NCBI GenBank assembly: GCA_045657165.1
Contig: JAZOSP010000067.1
Location: forward strand, 3,268-67,267
Source of the DNA: Eubacteriales bacterium
Lineage (GTDB): Bacteria > Bacillota > Clostridia > Oscillospirales > CAG-272
Length of the DNA: 64,000 nucleotides
Direction: 5' to 3'
A model generated the notes under the pieces. That model did no database searches. It had not been told where the DNA came from and saw only the letters and a list, made by a program, of their open reading frames with translations. The position numbers and the translations under genes are program-made. Below, in pieces: positions 54,101 through 61,073 of this stretch; the first letter of the stretch is position 1; every line of letters starts with the position of its first letter.

Positions 54101-55766
54101 GTATTTTAAGGTCGTTACCAACCGTCATCGATATCTCACCGAAGACGTTGTTGTAGATTATAATTGCCGCAGCGCCCGCCTCGTAGGCGAACTGCACCTT
54201 TTCCTCGAAGGTTATATCGCCTCGCTTGACGAGGGCTATCTTTCCTTCCATTTCAAGGCCGGAATAGTTGATAGCGTATCCATAGCCGGGAATAGTCACG
54301 TAGTCAAACTCAGCACGGGGATTTTCTTCGGTAACGCCGAGCATTTCAAAGAAATCGTAAGGCTTTGCGCTCTGGTTTACGGCTTCATTGAAGAACACAA
54401 TGTGGTCGCCGTTTGCAAGAAGGTAGTTCTCCTTGTTTCCGTTAATAGACGCGACGGAAAAGGCTGCGTCATAGGTCGAGGGCGAGCCGACCGTTGCCGA
54501 GTCGGGGTTGTCGGTCTTATTGGTGTTTCCCTGCTCAGAGCCAAATCCGCTGCTGTAGTCGTTCGACGCGGCTACGACAAGGGAAATGCCTGCCGCCTGA
54601 ATGCTGTCGTATATGCTGTTTTTATAATCGTCGTCAACCTCGCGGGAGAAGCCGCAGGACGAGCCAAGGCTCATGTTTATAGCGTCAACGCCGAGGGTGA
54701 TAGAGTCCTCAAGGCCGGCAAGAATATCGCCGTCCTCAGCGCCCTGCTCGTAATCGCTGAACACCTTCATTATCGCAAGCTGGGTGTCGATGGCAACGCC
54801 CGTGATAGTGTCGTCCTTACCGCCGATGATACCCGCAACGTGAGTACCGTGGCTGTTCGAGAAGGGCATAATATCGGTGTCCTTATCAGCATAGTCGTAG
54901 CCATAGGCTATCTTGCCGCCCGTGATATTTCCGTAATAAAGCTCTCTTACTTCAATCGATTCGTCGTACGAATATGCGACGAGCTCGGGCAAAAGCTTTT
55001 CAATTTTGTCACGGGAATAAAGGGGAGATACAACCTCGTGAGTGGTGAACGCGGAGTGAGTATAATCACATCCCGTATCAAGTATTGCCACGATAGTACC
55101 CTTGCCCGTGTAGCTCACGCTGCCGCTGTTGAAGATACCGGTTTCGTAAACGTCAACCGGGTTTTCAACCGCTGACGCGGGAAGATATGTATTCGAAATT
55201 ATTACTCTTTCAACGCCGCTGTGATTGCAAATTGCCTCGATATTTTCATACGAGGTGCGTACGTAAGCGCCGTCCATTATGTTGTAATAATTGTACTTGA
55301 CCTCGTCGATAAGCCCCTCGTTCTCAAGAGACGAAAGTACGCTCGACTGATTTTTGGCAAGCCTATCTCTTTGAGCCCCGGCTTTATCGGAGACAAGGTA
55401 CTCCTTGTAGGTCATTTTCTTCGAATCGGAGGATCCTGTAAAGGAGCCGATAAGAGACTCGTCGGAGAAGGAGATGATAACGCCAACCTCTCCCGAGAGC
55501 TCGTAATCCTCTATTTTTTTGATGAGATCCTTATTGATTGATTTCAAAAAGTCCTTTTTAAGCTGCGCTATCGTCGCGTCGCTCTCGAACCTTTCTATGC
55601 CACTTCCGCCAGCCGAGCCGCCAAAACGCAGCGGTGAGCTGTCTATTAATGCAGAGCAGCAAACCGAGAATATCTGCGCGAGCAACGTCACGAGCAGAAT
55701 CCAGGCAGTCAGCCTCTTGGAGAGCCCTTTGGTTCTTTTTTCTGTTTTCGTGTTAGAATTTTGCAT
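48123..55766 (-). CDS. Giant cell-envelope S8 subtilisin-like peptidase fused to PA, Big_2 and BspA-LRR domains, membrane-anchored, ~2547 aa
   Basis: ORF track frame 48123..55796 starts on TTG. I prefer ATG 55766, which follows a GAGGAAA RBS. The catalytic triad motifs are VAILDTGCDYTH (Asp), SHGTHVAGIIGG (His) and SGTSMAAPNMTG (Ser). The PA insert reads GKIALVKRGDITFEEKV. Two Big_2 modules (WTSSDESVIA and WTSSNPKVATV) are followed by ~900 aa of LRR_5 repeats. The C-terminal TM helix reads VWLVVIIVSASVIVAAAVCVGVVIFL. Confidence 0.9.
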   Translation of the reverse strand: MQNSNTKTEKRTKGLSKRLTAWILLVTLLAQIFSVCCSALIDSSPLRFGGSAGGSGIERFESDATIAQLKKDFLKSINKDLIKKIEDYELSGEVGVIISFSDESLIGSFTGSSDSKKMTYKEYLVSDKAGAQRDRLAKNQSSVLSSLENEGLIDEVKYNYYNIMDGAYVRTSYENIEAICNHSGVERVIISNTYLPASAVENPVDVYETGIFNSGSVSYTGKGTIVAILDTGCDYTHSAFTTHEVVSPLYSRDKIEKLLPELVAYSYDESIEVRELYYGNITGGKIAYGYDYADKDTDIMPFSNSHGTHVAGIIGGKDDTITGVAIDTQLAIMKVFSDYEQGAEDGDILAGLEDSITLGVDAINMSLGSSCGFSREVDDDYKNSIYDSIQAAGISLVVAASNDYSSGFGSEQGNTNKTDNPDSATVGSPSTYDAAFSVASINGNKENYLLANGDHIVFFNEAVNQSAKPYDFFEMLGVTEENPRAEFDYVTIPGYGYAINYSGLEMEGKIALVKRGDITFEEKVQFAYEAGAAAIIIYNNVFGEISMTVGNDLKIPVISIGKDDGDRLAEFETGKVKFDYTNEAGPFMSDFSSWGPNPDLTLKPEITAHGGNILSAIVGGEYEEMSGTSMAAPNMTGIVVLIRQYVKEKYPELDSPEVRDLVNQLCMSTATIALDKNGNPYSPRKQGAGIADIAKSTTTPAYLYVLQDGTGKTKIELGDDPSRTGVYTMTVYLKNVSDASVSYRIGNITMTESVSTSEPEYVAEIAYLLSNTAEYTVSNGSYANGVVTVEAGETATVTATITLSAEDKSYINRNFKNGMYVEGFLTFDSTDENGIDLNAPFLAFYGDWGEAPIFDLDYYEVETEAHNNAIDEDDKIKADYYPTTPTGTYYYDYILPLGSYVYNMDESLYNPIPATQEHSAISYYADAISGIYGVFAGLLRGAKEMYISIVDTSTGKVVWDETQYNCYKAHYNGGGPYPHVSNFQLPMADFKTNEVFGSNNTRYEVTMSAKLDWESENRNSSDTYTFSFYIDYEAPSVVDAIFRTEYDKSREENRYYVDVMVYDNHYAMSIRPIITYEYTDEKGEKKNTYSSLIENPIPIYQENRGETTKVTIEITDYLDIIADSARPEGLTVYIDDYAMNSGVSYIPFPETEGEDLEFVEELADGLDLDINETLDLTEYLVHKDTATPVETGYLKALTWTSSDESVIAICDGKIEALKSGSATVSVVGSTWGKALEVEINVSDTEIKNPDSSKEIGVESLQFVSYDTLFAFNSDIDYSEIGLTDTVNYFGGNYSISFYPSEKVKLNYDLEPWNLPSSRYELIWTSSNPKVATVDENGVVTAEAEGIARISLQIKVDGKTSLLAARCSVTVKSEFIVENRTLIAYKGKGGDVVIPKDEGIMTIGAFAFCHYNLDNEKEVEKDENGYYDIDLKKEPLGNNTVTSVVIPEDVETIEKYAFYNCKLLGDVTLPESCKTIGEYAFAKCDVLENVNFDNVNIISDYAFYMCESLSCAELPGGANLSGVYAIGSYAFSGARFSSLQLTTLSLTGTGAFSGCSKLKAVELGKRTRVSEKMFESTPIEEIVIYSDIVSDSAFKNCTKLESVEFKNDLTYLGAEAFSGCIRLTDVTFHGECEKIASFAFYECESLTDFKLPDCEVVIGDGAFAGSGISSLEFGGNTIISEGGIGILDSADSLTVDVSESSNYKLVGDAIYSKDGSRLMLLLPGSNATSFTVPAGVKEIAAGAFSSNTKLLSVNFENGSLLESIGTGAFAYCTNLESVTLPDREITIGAYAFSSTASLDSINLNKVKKVGEFAFESSGITSVNLALEGVIIGEGAFYEAPYLETVVIGAKATVGEYAFSLTPVTEVELRGGNVTVGEGAFLGCTGLVTFDFADVVGKLGDFAFYGCTALRSVNAPGVTELGNACFADCYALDSFSAANLEIIGDYAFSPYTEGAEQGAAIKTIYAPKLTKVGEGAFYCCVKLEAIDLSGVTEIGVGAFMNCTALETATLSEGLEVLPDFAFQGCVSLADLDLSGIVRFGSQALLGVPLPAELILTSAEYVGEQAFVESTDYFDNYIESVYAPELTYVGEQAFAGCEKLASFYAPKLVEICDYAFAYTAIERFEIFESLETVGVSIFEGCEKFTEFFTTVGSEEVTDKEYANVMIDDGVLYTVAPVGYILVSYPTAKADEEFTVADGTARIGYCAVLGNKNLEKVILPESLKYIGNHAFYMCENLKTVVFKSYYAPVLEGTMTGVDEEGITPDTVEKYPGFDKLYKYDYYYRMHDAVATPYCYSNFKDLVTSEGAMDLTYVLPVNNSGYDSKIYKAYFLASESENSGTVTGPYALAFIEAVKKLPQTLDRFDEALINAAINAYNALDGKTDEMAFVDSSYVEKFKTARSEYNVSVVENMIAHLFDMDNSEYSFNLVKDARGAYLALTEAERADVENATRLETKTGELSTAMGKELDFSKTYAEHFPEEPPVENPPEDGGDVWLVVIIVSASVIVAAAVCVGVVIFLKKRRALRVTAYSIDTVSEVESSDEDSDTGEKED

Positions 55767-55823
55767 TTGGGTTTCCTCGAATTTTTTTCCTATCAAAATT
55801 TTTATTTTTTAGTCACGCACGTT

Positions 55824-55852
55824 ATTATAGCATTTTATCAAACGAAAGTCAA
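55824..55852 (-). promoter_or_regulatory. Strong sigma-A promoter for the protease/Opp unit
   Basis: Minus strand reads TTGACT (55852-55847), a 17-nt spacer, then TATAAT (55829-55824), about 55 nt upstream of ATG 55766. Confidence 0.6.
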
Positions 55853-56154
55853 TCTTTTTTGAGAAATTTATTCAACTAAGAGCAATAATTCATAGTGAAT
55901 TCAATATGAATTAACTAAAATTTAACAATCTGCGCGTTTCTGCGCCGAAACACTGCATAATTATTCGTTTATGCATGCATAATCACTGCTTCCGACGTCG
56001 TTTTTGCCCACCTTGACACACGTTGCCGTCAAAAGCAGCACCTTGTTATCAAAGAGGTTGATTTTGTGGTTCACACTTCGTTTTTTCGCTCTTACAGCCC
56101 CTTTTCGGTTGCCAATGCAAGCCTCAATCTGATATCATTAGGTGATTTTTGTCA

Positions 56155-56194
56155 CAACAAAAACAAAAATCGGCAACAAAAAATTTTGCCGATT
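56155..56194 (-). terminator. Rho-independent terminator downstream of the SDR gene
   Basis: AATCGGCAA (56168-56176) pairs with TTGCCGATT (56186-56194). On the minus strand a T-rich tract (TTTTGTTTTTG) follows. Confidence 0.65.
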
Positions 56195-56260
56195 CCTGTA
56201 AAATATTGGACTTTTTGTAAACAATTGTTATGATTTTTGCCAAAAGCATCCCAAAAATCT

Positions 56261-57055
56261 CTACTTCAAAATTTTCTTTATTATCCACAGCTGCAACCGC
56301 TTTGGCAGCATGTTAAGCAGGAGAAGAAGCGGATTTCGGTTTATTGAATAGGCGAAGGCGGGCGAGCGAGAAATGAGTATGCGCTCGGCCTTTTTTGCTA
56401 TTTTGTCTGGAGAAATACGGCGCGCCTCGACCTTTTCAACAATTCCCTTGAAGCGGTCGGCGGAGAGTGTGTATAGCTCTGTCCTCTCGCAAAACGCGTC
56501 GAGTGCTTCGGTCGATACACCGAGCATGCCCGTATCAACCGCCCCCGCGCGAAGCACCGATACCGATATACCGAGAAGCATAAGCTCCATGCAAAGCGAA
56601 TAGGCATACTTATCGAGAGCAGCCTTCGCCACCGCGTAAATACCTGTAAACGGCAACGGGTCAAGCGGCGCAAGCTCGCTTGTGGTTATAAGAATCCTGC
56701 CGCCCGTCTTAACAAGGGGCAAAAAGGTTTTGTTAACCAAAAAAGCGCCATGAAGGTTAACCTTAAAAATACGCGAAAAATTCTCCTCCGTCATCTCAAC
56801 GAGAGAATCAAGCATATATATCCCTGCAAAATGCACTATGGCAAAAAGCGTATCGGTATCGGCACTCACCCTATCAAATGCTGCCGCAAGGCTCTCGCCG
56901 TCGGTTATATCGGCAGCTATTGGTATTACGTTTTCGTGTGCGCTCTCCTTTACCCTTTTATCAAGCGCATACACGCGATAGCCGCGCTCAGCCAATCGGT
57001 ACGTAAGAGCGCATCCCATTCCGCCGTATGCACCGGTTATAAGTACGGATTTCAT
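56261..57055 (-). CDS. Short-chain dehydrogenase/reductase (SDR) family oxidoreductase, 264 aa
   Basis: ORF track. Cofactor motif ITGAYGGMGCA (TGxxxGxG) and catalytic YAVAKAAL (YxxxK). Confidence 0.85.
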   Translation of the reverse strand: MKSVLITGAYGGMGCALTYRLAERGYRVYALDKRVKESAHENVIPIAADITDGESLAAAFDRVSADTDTLFAIVHFAGIYMLDSLVEMTEENFSRIFKVNLHGAFLVNKTFLPLVKTGGRILITTSELAPLDPLPFTGIYAVAKAALDKYAYSLCMELMLLGISVSVLRAGAVDTGMLGVSTEALDAFCERTELYTLSADRFKGIVEKVEARRISPDKIAKKAERILISRSPAFAYSINRNPLLLLLNMLPKRLQLWIIKKILK

Positions 57056-57085
57056 TTACTCTCCCATTCTTTCGCAAGGTTTTGA

Positions 57086-58666
57086 TTAAAGAAGCGGCGC
57101 AAACAGCTTTATGCCCATACGGAAAATCCATTCGGTAAAGCTAAGACGCGACTTTCTCGCGTCAATGCGCTCAGAGGTCGATAGCGTGCGGAGAAATTCA
57201 TCCTTTGCCGTCGCGGCAATCGGAGTATTGTAGGTCCACACCGCGTCCTCAAAATGATGTACAAGGCTTCGGTAATCTAAATTAATAGTCCCGACGACAG
57301 CGTACACGTCGTCAGAAACGAGGGTTTTCTCGTGGATAAATCCTGGGGTGTATTCGTAAATTTTGACTCCCGAGTCCATAAGGTGAGGATAAGAGCTTTT
57401 GGTCATAATCTTGACTATTTTCTTATCAGCAGTGCCGGGTGTCACGATACGCACGTCAACTCCGCGCAGGGCAGCGTTACAAAGCGCCTCGGTTAAATCG
57501 TAATCGACGATAAGATAAGGCGTCGTTATATACAGATATTTTTCTGCCTGATTGATAAGATTCATGAAGGTGCTCTTGCCCACGGGTCGCTTATAGATAG
57601 GCGCGGGTCCCGAGCCGAACGGAATGTAGTATCCGCCGTCAGGCTGCACCGCACTCTCAGAGCACGAAAGTATATCCTCGTAATCGCTGACCGTACGGGT
57701 CGTGAAATCCCACGAGGACAAAAACAGCTTTGTAAGCCCCCTCACGGCGTCGCCCTCAAGCCTTATTCCGCCATCCTTCCAGTGCCCGAAGCGGAGCTTG
57801 CGGTTTACGTACTCATCGGCGATGTTCACGCCACCCGTGTAGCCGATTTTGCCGTCAATCACGCATATTTTGCGGTGGTCGCGGTTGTTGTGGACCGCCG
57901 AAACGCGCGGCGAAACTCTTGCGAAGCGATAAGCCTTTATTCCCTCAAGCCGCAGCCCAAGCTCGTAATGAGCAGGCAGGGTCTTCATACAGCCTATGTC
58001 GTCGTAAAGAAGTCTTACGTCAACGCCCGCCGCCGCCTTCTCGCGAAGCAGCTCGTGTACCGAGTCCCAGAGCTCGCCCGGCTCAATTATAAAATACTCA
58101 AGAAATATATACTTTTTCGCCGCAGAGAGGTCTACGCGAAGCGACTCAAAGTAGCTCTCGCCCGTCGGGAAGAAGTCTGACGAGGTATTCACATACACCT
58201 CAGAGAGCGCATCCTCGCGCAGTATCTCGCGCGCCTTGCCTGCGGCGAGCGCGTTCTCCTCCATAAGCTTTGCGAACGCCTCGTCGCCGAGCCTGTAATT
58301 GTTCATTTCGGCGAAGCTGCCGCGCAAAAGCGCGCTCTCCGCCCTTGTCATTCGCCTGTCATAGAAGAGCAGGTATACCACAGGGCCGAAAATCGGCATA
58401 AGCAGAATTATCGCAATCCACGTGACCTTATACTCGGGATTCGCATCTCTGTTTATAAGCATGACGAGGGTCACTATCCCCATGATATACGCAAGTGCGA
58501 CGGCAACGTAAAAATATGTGGTGGCGCTTACCAAAAGATAGGTCATTACGATAACCTCGGCGACGATTATCAACGCCGAGATTGCGTATCTCGAAAAGAA
58601 CACTCTGCACAGCTTGCGCAGCGCGGAAACGCTCCTTGACGTTTTTTTGTAAGCTCTTTTCTTCAT
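57086..58666 (-). CDS. cls: Cardiolipin synthase (PLD superfamily), 526 aa
   Basis: ORF track. N-terminal TM helices and two HKD motifs, HRKICVIDGKIGYTGGVNIADEY and HEKTLVSDDVYAVVGTINLDYRS. Confidence 0.9.
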   Translation of the reverse strand: MKKRAYKKTSRSVSALRKLCRVFFSRYAISALIIVAEVIVMTYLLVSATTYFYVAVALAYIMGIVTLVMLINRDANPEYKVTWIAIILLMPIFGPVVYLLFYDRRMTRAESALLRGSFAEMNNYRLGDEAFAKLMEENALAAGKAREILREDALSEVYVNTSSDFFPTGESYFESLRVDLSAAKKYIFLEYFIIEPGELWDSVHELLREKAAAGVDVRLLYDDIGCMKTLPAHYELGLRLEGIKAYRFARVSPRVSAVHNNRDHRKICVIDGKIGYTGGVNIADEYVNRKLRFGHWKDGGIRLEGDAVRGLTKLFLSSWDFTTRTVSDYEDILSCSESAVQPDGGYYIPFGSGPAPIYKRPVGKSTFMNLINQAEKYLYITTPYLIVDYDLTEALCNAALRGVDVRIVTPGTADKKIVKIMTKSSYPHLMDSGVKIYEYTPGFIHEKTLVSDDVYAVVGTINLDYRSLVHHFEDAVWTYNTPIAATAKDEFLRTLSTSERIDARKSRLSFTEWIFRMGIKLFAPLL

Positions 58667-59415
58667 TATCTTCCGTTCTCTTCCCCGTCAACGTAGTCGT
58701 CAAAGCGCCCGATTCCCACAAGGTCGTCAACCGGCAGTGAAAGCAGGACGGCGCCGCCCTCGGTCTTAAGACCCGCGGCGTCTCTGACTGCCTCCATAAT
58801 TTTGGTTCTGTATTCAAGCGTTGTGAGGAAGAACACGCTGTCGGTCTCCTGGCTTATCGTCGTTCCTATTGCCTGCTCTGCCTTGGAATTGTTAATGCTC
58901 CTTGTATGGAAAACCGTAGCGCCTGTAGCACCCGCGCTGCGAGCTGCCTCAATGGCTGTGTCGGTGTATTTTCTATCCACGACGGCGATTACAAGCTCGT
59001 GCATTCTGTTTTTCTCCTTTTTCTTGGAAATCGGCGCTCTTTGCGCCACGGGTCTGTCGGTCCTTTCCTGCCCTGAAAGTACTGCGTCGTTAATTATGTT
59101 TGAGATACACGAGAGCGGAACGGTGAAGGCTATTCCTCGCCCGACGAGGTAAAGCTTTAGACCGTGACCGACGGCGCTCAGCACCGCGTGCTCTGCCGAG
59201 TCGGGAATAAGTGACATCGTAATTCTCTTGTCTATCTCGTTGAAGCCGAAATAATTCATATAGCTCGAGTGTGCGGTGCCGTGACCGACTCCCGAAAAAT
59301 GTACTGCCGTCGCGCACTCGTTGACGATATCGGTAAATTTGAGCTCGTCTTCCTTGTTTATGATTCCAACAAGGAGCTTAACGCGTCGCGAGGTCTGCTC
59401 TCCACGTCTTGCCAT
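58666..59415 (-). CDS. Tandem P-II-like (nitrogen-regulator-fold) protein, 249 aa
   Basis: ORF track. There are two ~100-aa halves, KLLVGIINKED...HFSGVGHGTA and ELVIAVVDRKY...ATGATVFHTRS. Both resemble P-II-fold proteins of the kind usually found beside DUF1538 genes. Its start/stop overlaps both neighbouring genes. Confidence 0.6.
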   Translation of the reverse strand: MARRGEQTSRRVKLLVGIINKEDELKFTDIVNECATAVHFSGVGHGTAHSSYMNYFGFNEIDKRITMSLIPDSAEHAVLSAVGHGLKLYLVGRGIAFTVPLSCISNIINDAVLSGQERTDRPVAQRAPISKKKEKNRMHELVIAVVDRKYTDTAIEAARSAGATGATVFHTRSINNSKAEQAIGTTISQETDSVFFLTTLEYRTKIMEAVRDAAGLKTEGGAVLLSLPVDDLVGIGRFDDYVDGEENGR

Positions 59416-60983
59416 CAGTCGTCACCTCCCTTTCCCGTTACACGGGTCGCCCTTATGACCTTTGCGGACAAGCGCCTGTCGGTATAGCCGTAATCAATAA
59501 AGCTCTCGCTCGCGGAAACGAATCTCCGAGCTCTTCCTACGGTCTTTATGCGGTAAACAAGACCGCAGATTTGTATGGATATTATAGGCGCCATGGCGAC
59601 GAGCGCCACGCAGCCGAAGGCGTTTGTCATAACGTCATTTCCGAGCGTCTCGCATGCACCCGTGCAAAGCGGCAGCACGAAGGCGCTCATCATAGTACCG
59701 CTTGCAACTCCGCCCGAGTCGAAGGAAATACCGACGAATATCTTCGGAACGAAGAAGCTGAGGGTGAGTGCTATAACGTAGCCGGGTATGAGAATCCAAA
59801 TAAGCGGCAGTTCGGTTATAATGCGAAGCGCCGCAAGCCCAAGAGCCGACGCCACGCCGACCGAGAGTCCAAGCCCCGTCGTTTTGCCCGATATCGCGCC
59901 CGCGCTCATATTTTCAACGAGCTTATTGAGCACGTAAACCGAGGGCTCTGCCTTGACTATGAAATAGCCGAGCAGCATACTGATAAGCACAAGAGGTATG
60001 CCGTACCACATTCCCGCAAGCTGCATGCCTATTGCCGTGCCCGTAGGAACAAATCCGACGTTAGCACCCGTGAGGAACACCGCAAGACCTACGAGAATAT
60101 AAGCCGCGCCCACTCCCATTCTGATAAACTGCACCTTGGTAAACGCACGGGTCACAAGCTGGAAAAGAACCGCAAAGGCGACTATCGGAGCAAGTGCCGC
60201 AAGCACCTCAGGAGCGTAGTGTAAAAATCCAGTAGCGTACTCTGCCAAGCCGTCACGCGTGCTTTCTATAGTTGGGGTTGTGACGGGGGTGTAGCTGCCT
60301 CCCTCAATGCCGAGCGCAACTCCAAGCACAAGCACAGAGATTATAGGTCCTATACTGCAAAGTCCGGTGATACCGAAGGAGTCGTCGCGGTTGTCAGCCG
60401 AGAGCTTCGCTGCCGAAACACCCGCGCCTATCGACATAATGAAGGGTACTGTCATCGGTCCCGTCGTAACTCCGCCCGAGTCAAACGCCAAGGTTTTGAA
60501 GCCGTCGGGCAGGAAAAACGATAGTGTAAGTGCCACCGCGTAGAACGCGATAAGTATAACCCTAAGGCTCCAGCCGAAAACGATTCTCATTACCGCAATC
60601 ATAAGGAACACTCCGACCCCCACCGACACGGTAAGTATAAGAACCATATTTTCGATTCCGCTTACCTGATTTGCCAGAATCTGCAAATCAGGCTCGGATA
60701 CCGTAACTATTATACCGATTATAAAGCTGACGAAGGCAATAAGCCATACCTTGCCGCTTCCCGCTATCGTGCTGCCTATTTTCGTGCCGAGGGGCTGCAT
60801 TGACATTTCAGCGCCCGCGGTGAAAAGGCTCATACCAAACACAAGACACACCACGCCTATCAGAAAGAGGAGCATATCCCCCGTAGGCATAGGGACTATC
60901 GTGACGCTGAGAAGGAGCACTATAAACGCTATCGGCAGCACCGAGCGCAGCGATTCAAAAATTTTATCCTTAATAAGATTCAC
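59415..60983 (-). CDS. DUF1538-family integral membrane protein (duplicated domain), 522 aa
   Basis: ORF track (GTG start, GAGGTAA RBS). The N-terminus NLIKDKIFESLRSVLPIAFIVLLL...TVSEPDLQILA matches the DUF1538 pattern as I remember it. The protein is polytopic and internally duplicated. Confidence 0.75.
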   Translation of the reverse strand: MNLIKDKIFESLRSVLPIAFIVLLLSVTIVPMPTGDMLLFLIGVVCLVFGMSLFTAGAEMSMQPLGTKIGSTIAGSGKVWLIAFVSFIIGIIVTVSEPDLQILANQVSGIENMVLILTVSVGVGVFLMIAVMRIVFGWSLRVILIAFYAVALTLSFFLPDGFKTLAFDSGGVTTGPMTVPFIMSIGAGVSAAKLSADNRDDSFGITGLCSIGPIISVLVLGVALGIEGGSYTPVTTPTIESTRDGLAEYATGFLHYAPEVLAALAPIVAFAVLFQLVTRAFTKVQFIRMGVGAAYILVGLAVFLTGANVGFVPTGTAIGMQLAGMWYGIPLVLISMLLGYFIVKAEPSVYVLNKLVENMSAGAISGKTTGLGLSVGVASALGLAALRIITELPLIWILIPGYVIALTLSFFVPKIFVGISFDSGGVASGTMMSAFVLPLCTGACETLGNDVMTNAFGCVALVAMAPIISIQICGLVYRIKTVGRARRFVSASESFIDYGYTDRRLSAKVIRATRVTGKGGDD

Positions 60984-61073
60984 GGTTTACCTCACAAAAA
61001 TTCATAATCGGTTAAAATGCCAACGGATATATTCTACATTATTTTTGTGCGCATTTCAAGGTCGGGAAAAAAT

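Noticed and set aside
20570-55766. Periodic ~70-nt repetition in the LRR regions as a possible CRISPR-like or satellite array
   Set aside because: The periodicity is the protein-level LRR_5 unit inside long intact ORFs. The repeats are degenerate at DNA level and have no unique spacers of fixed length. No cas genes are present.
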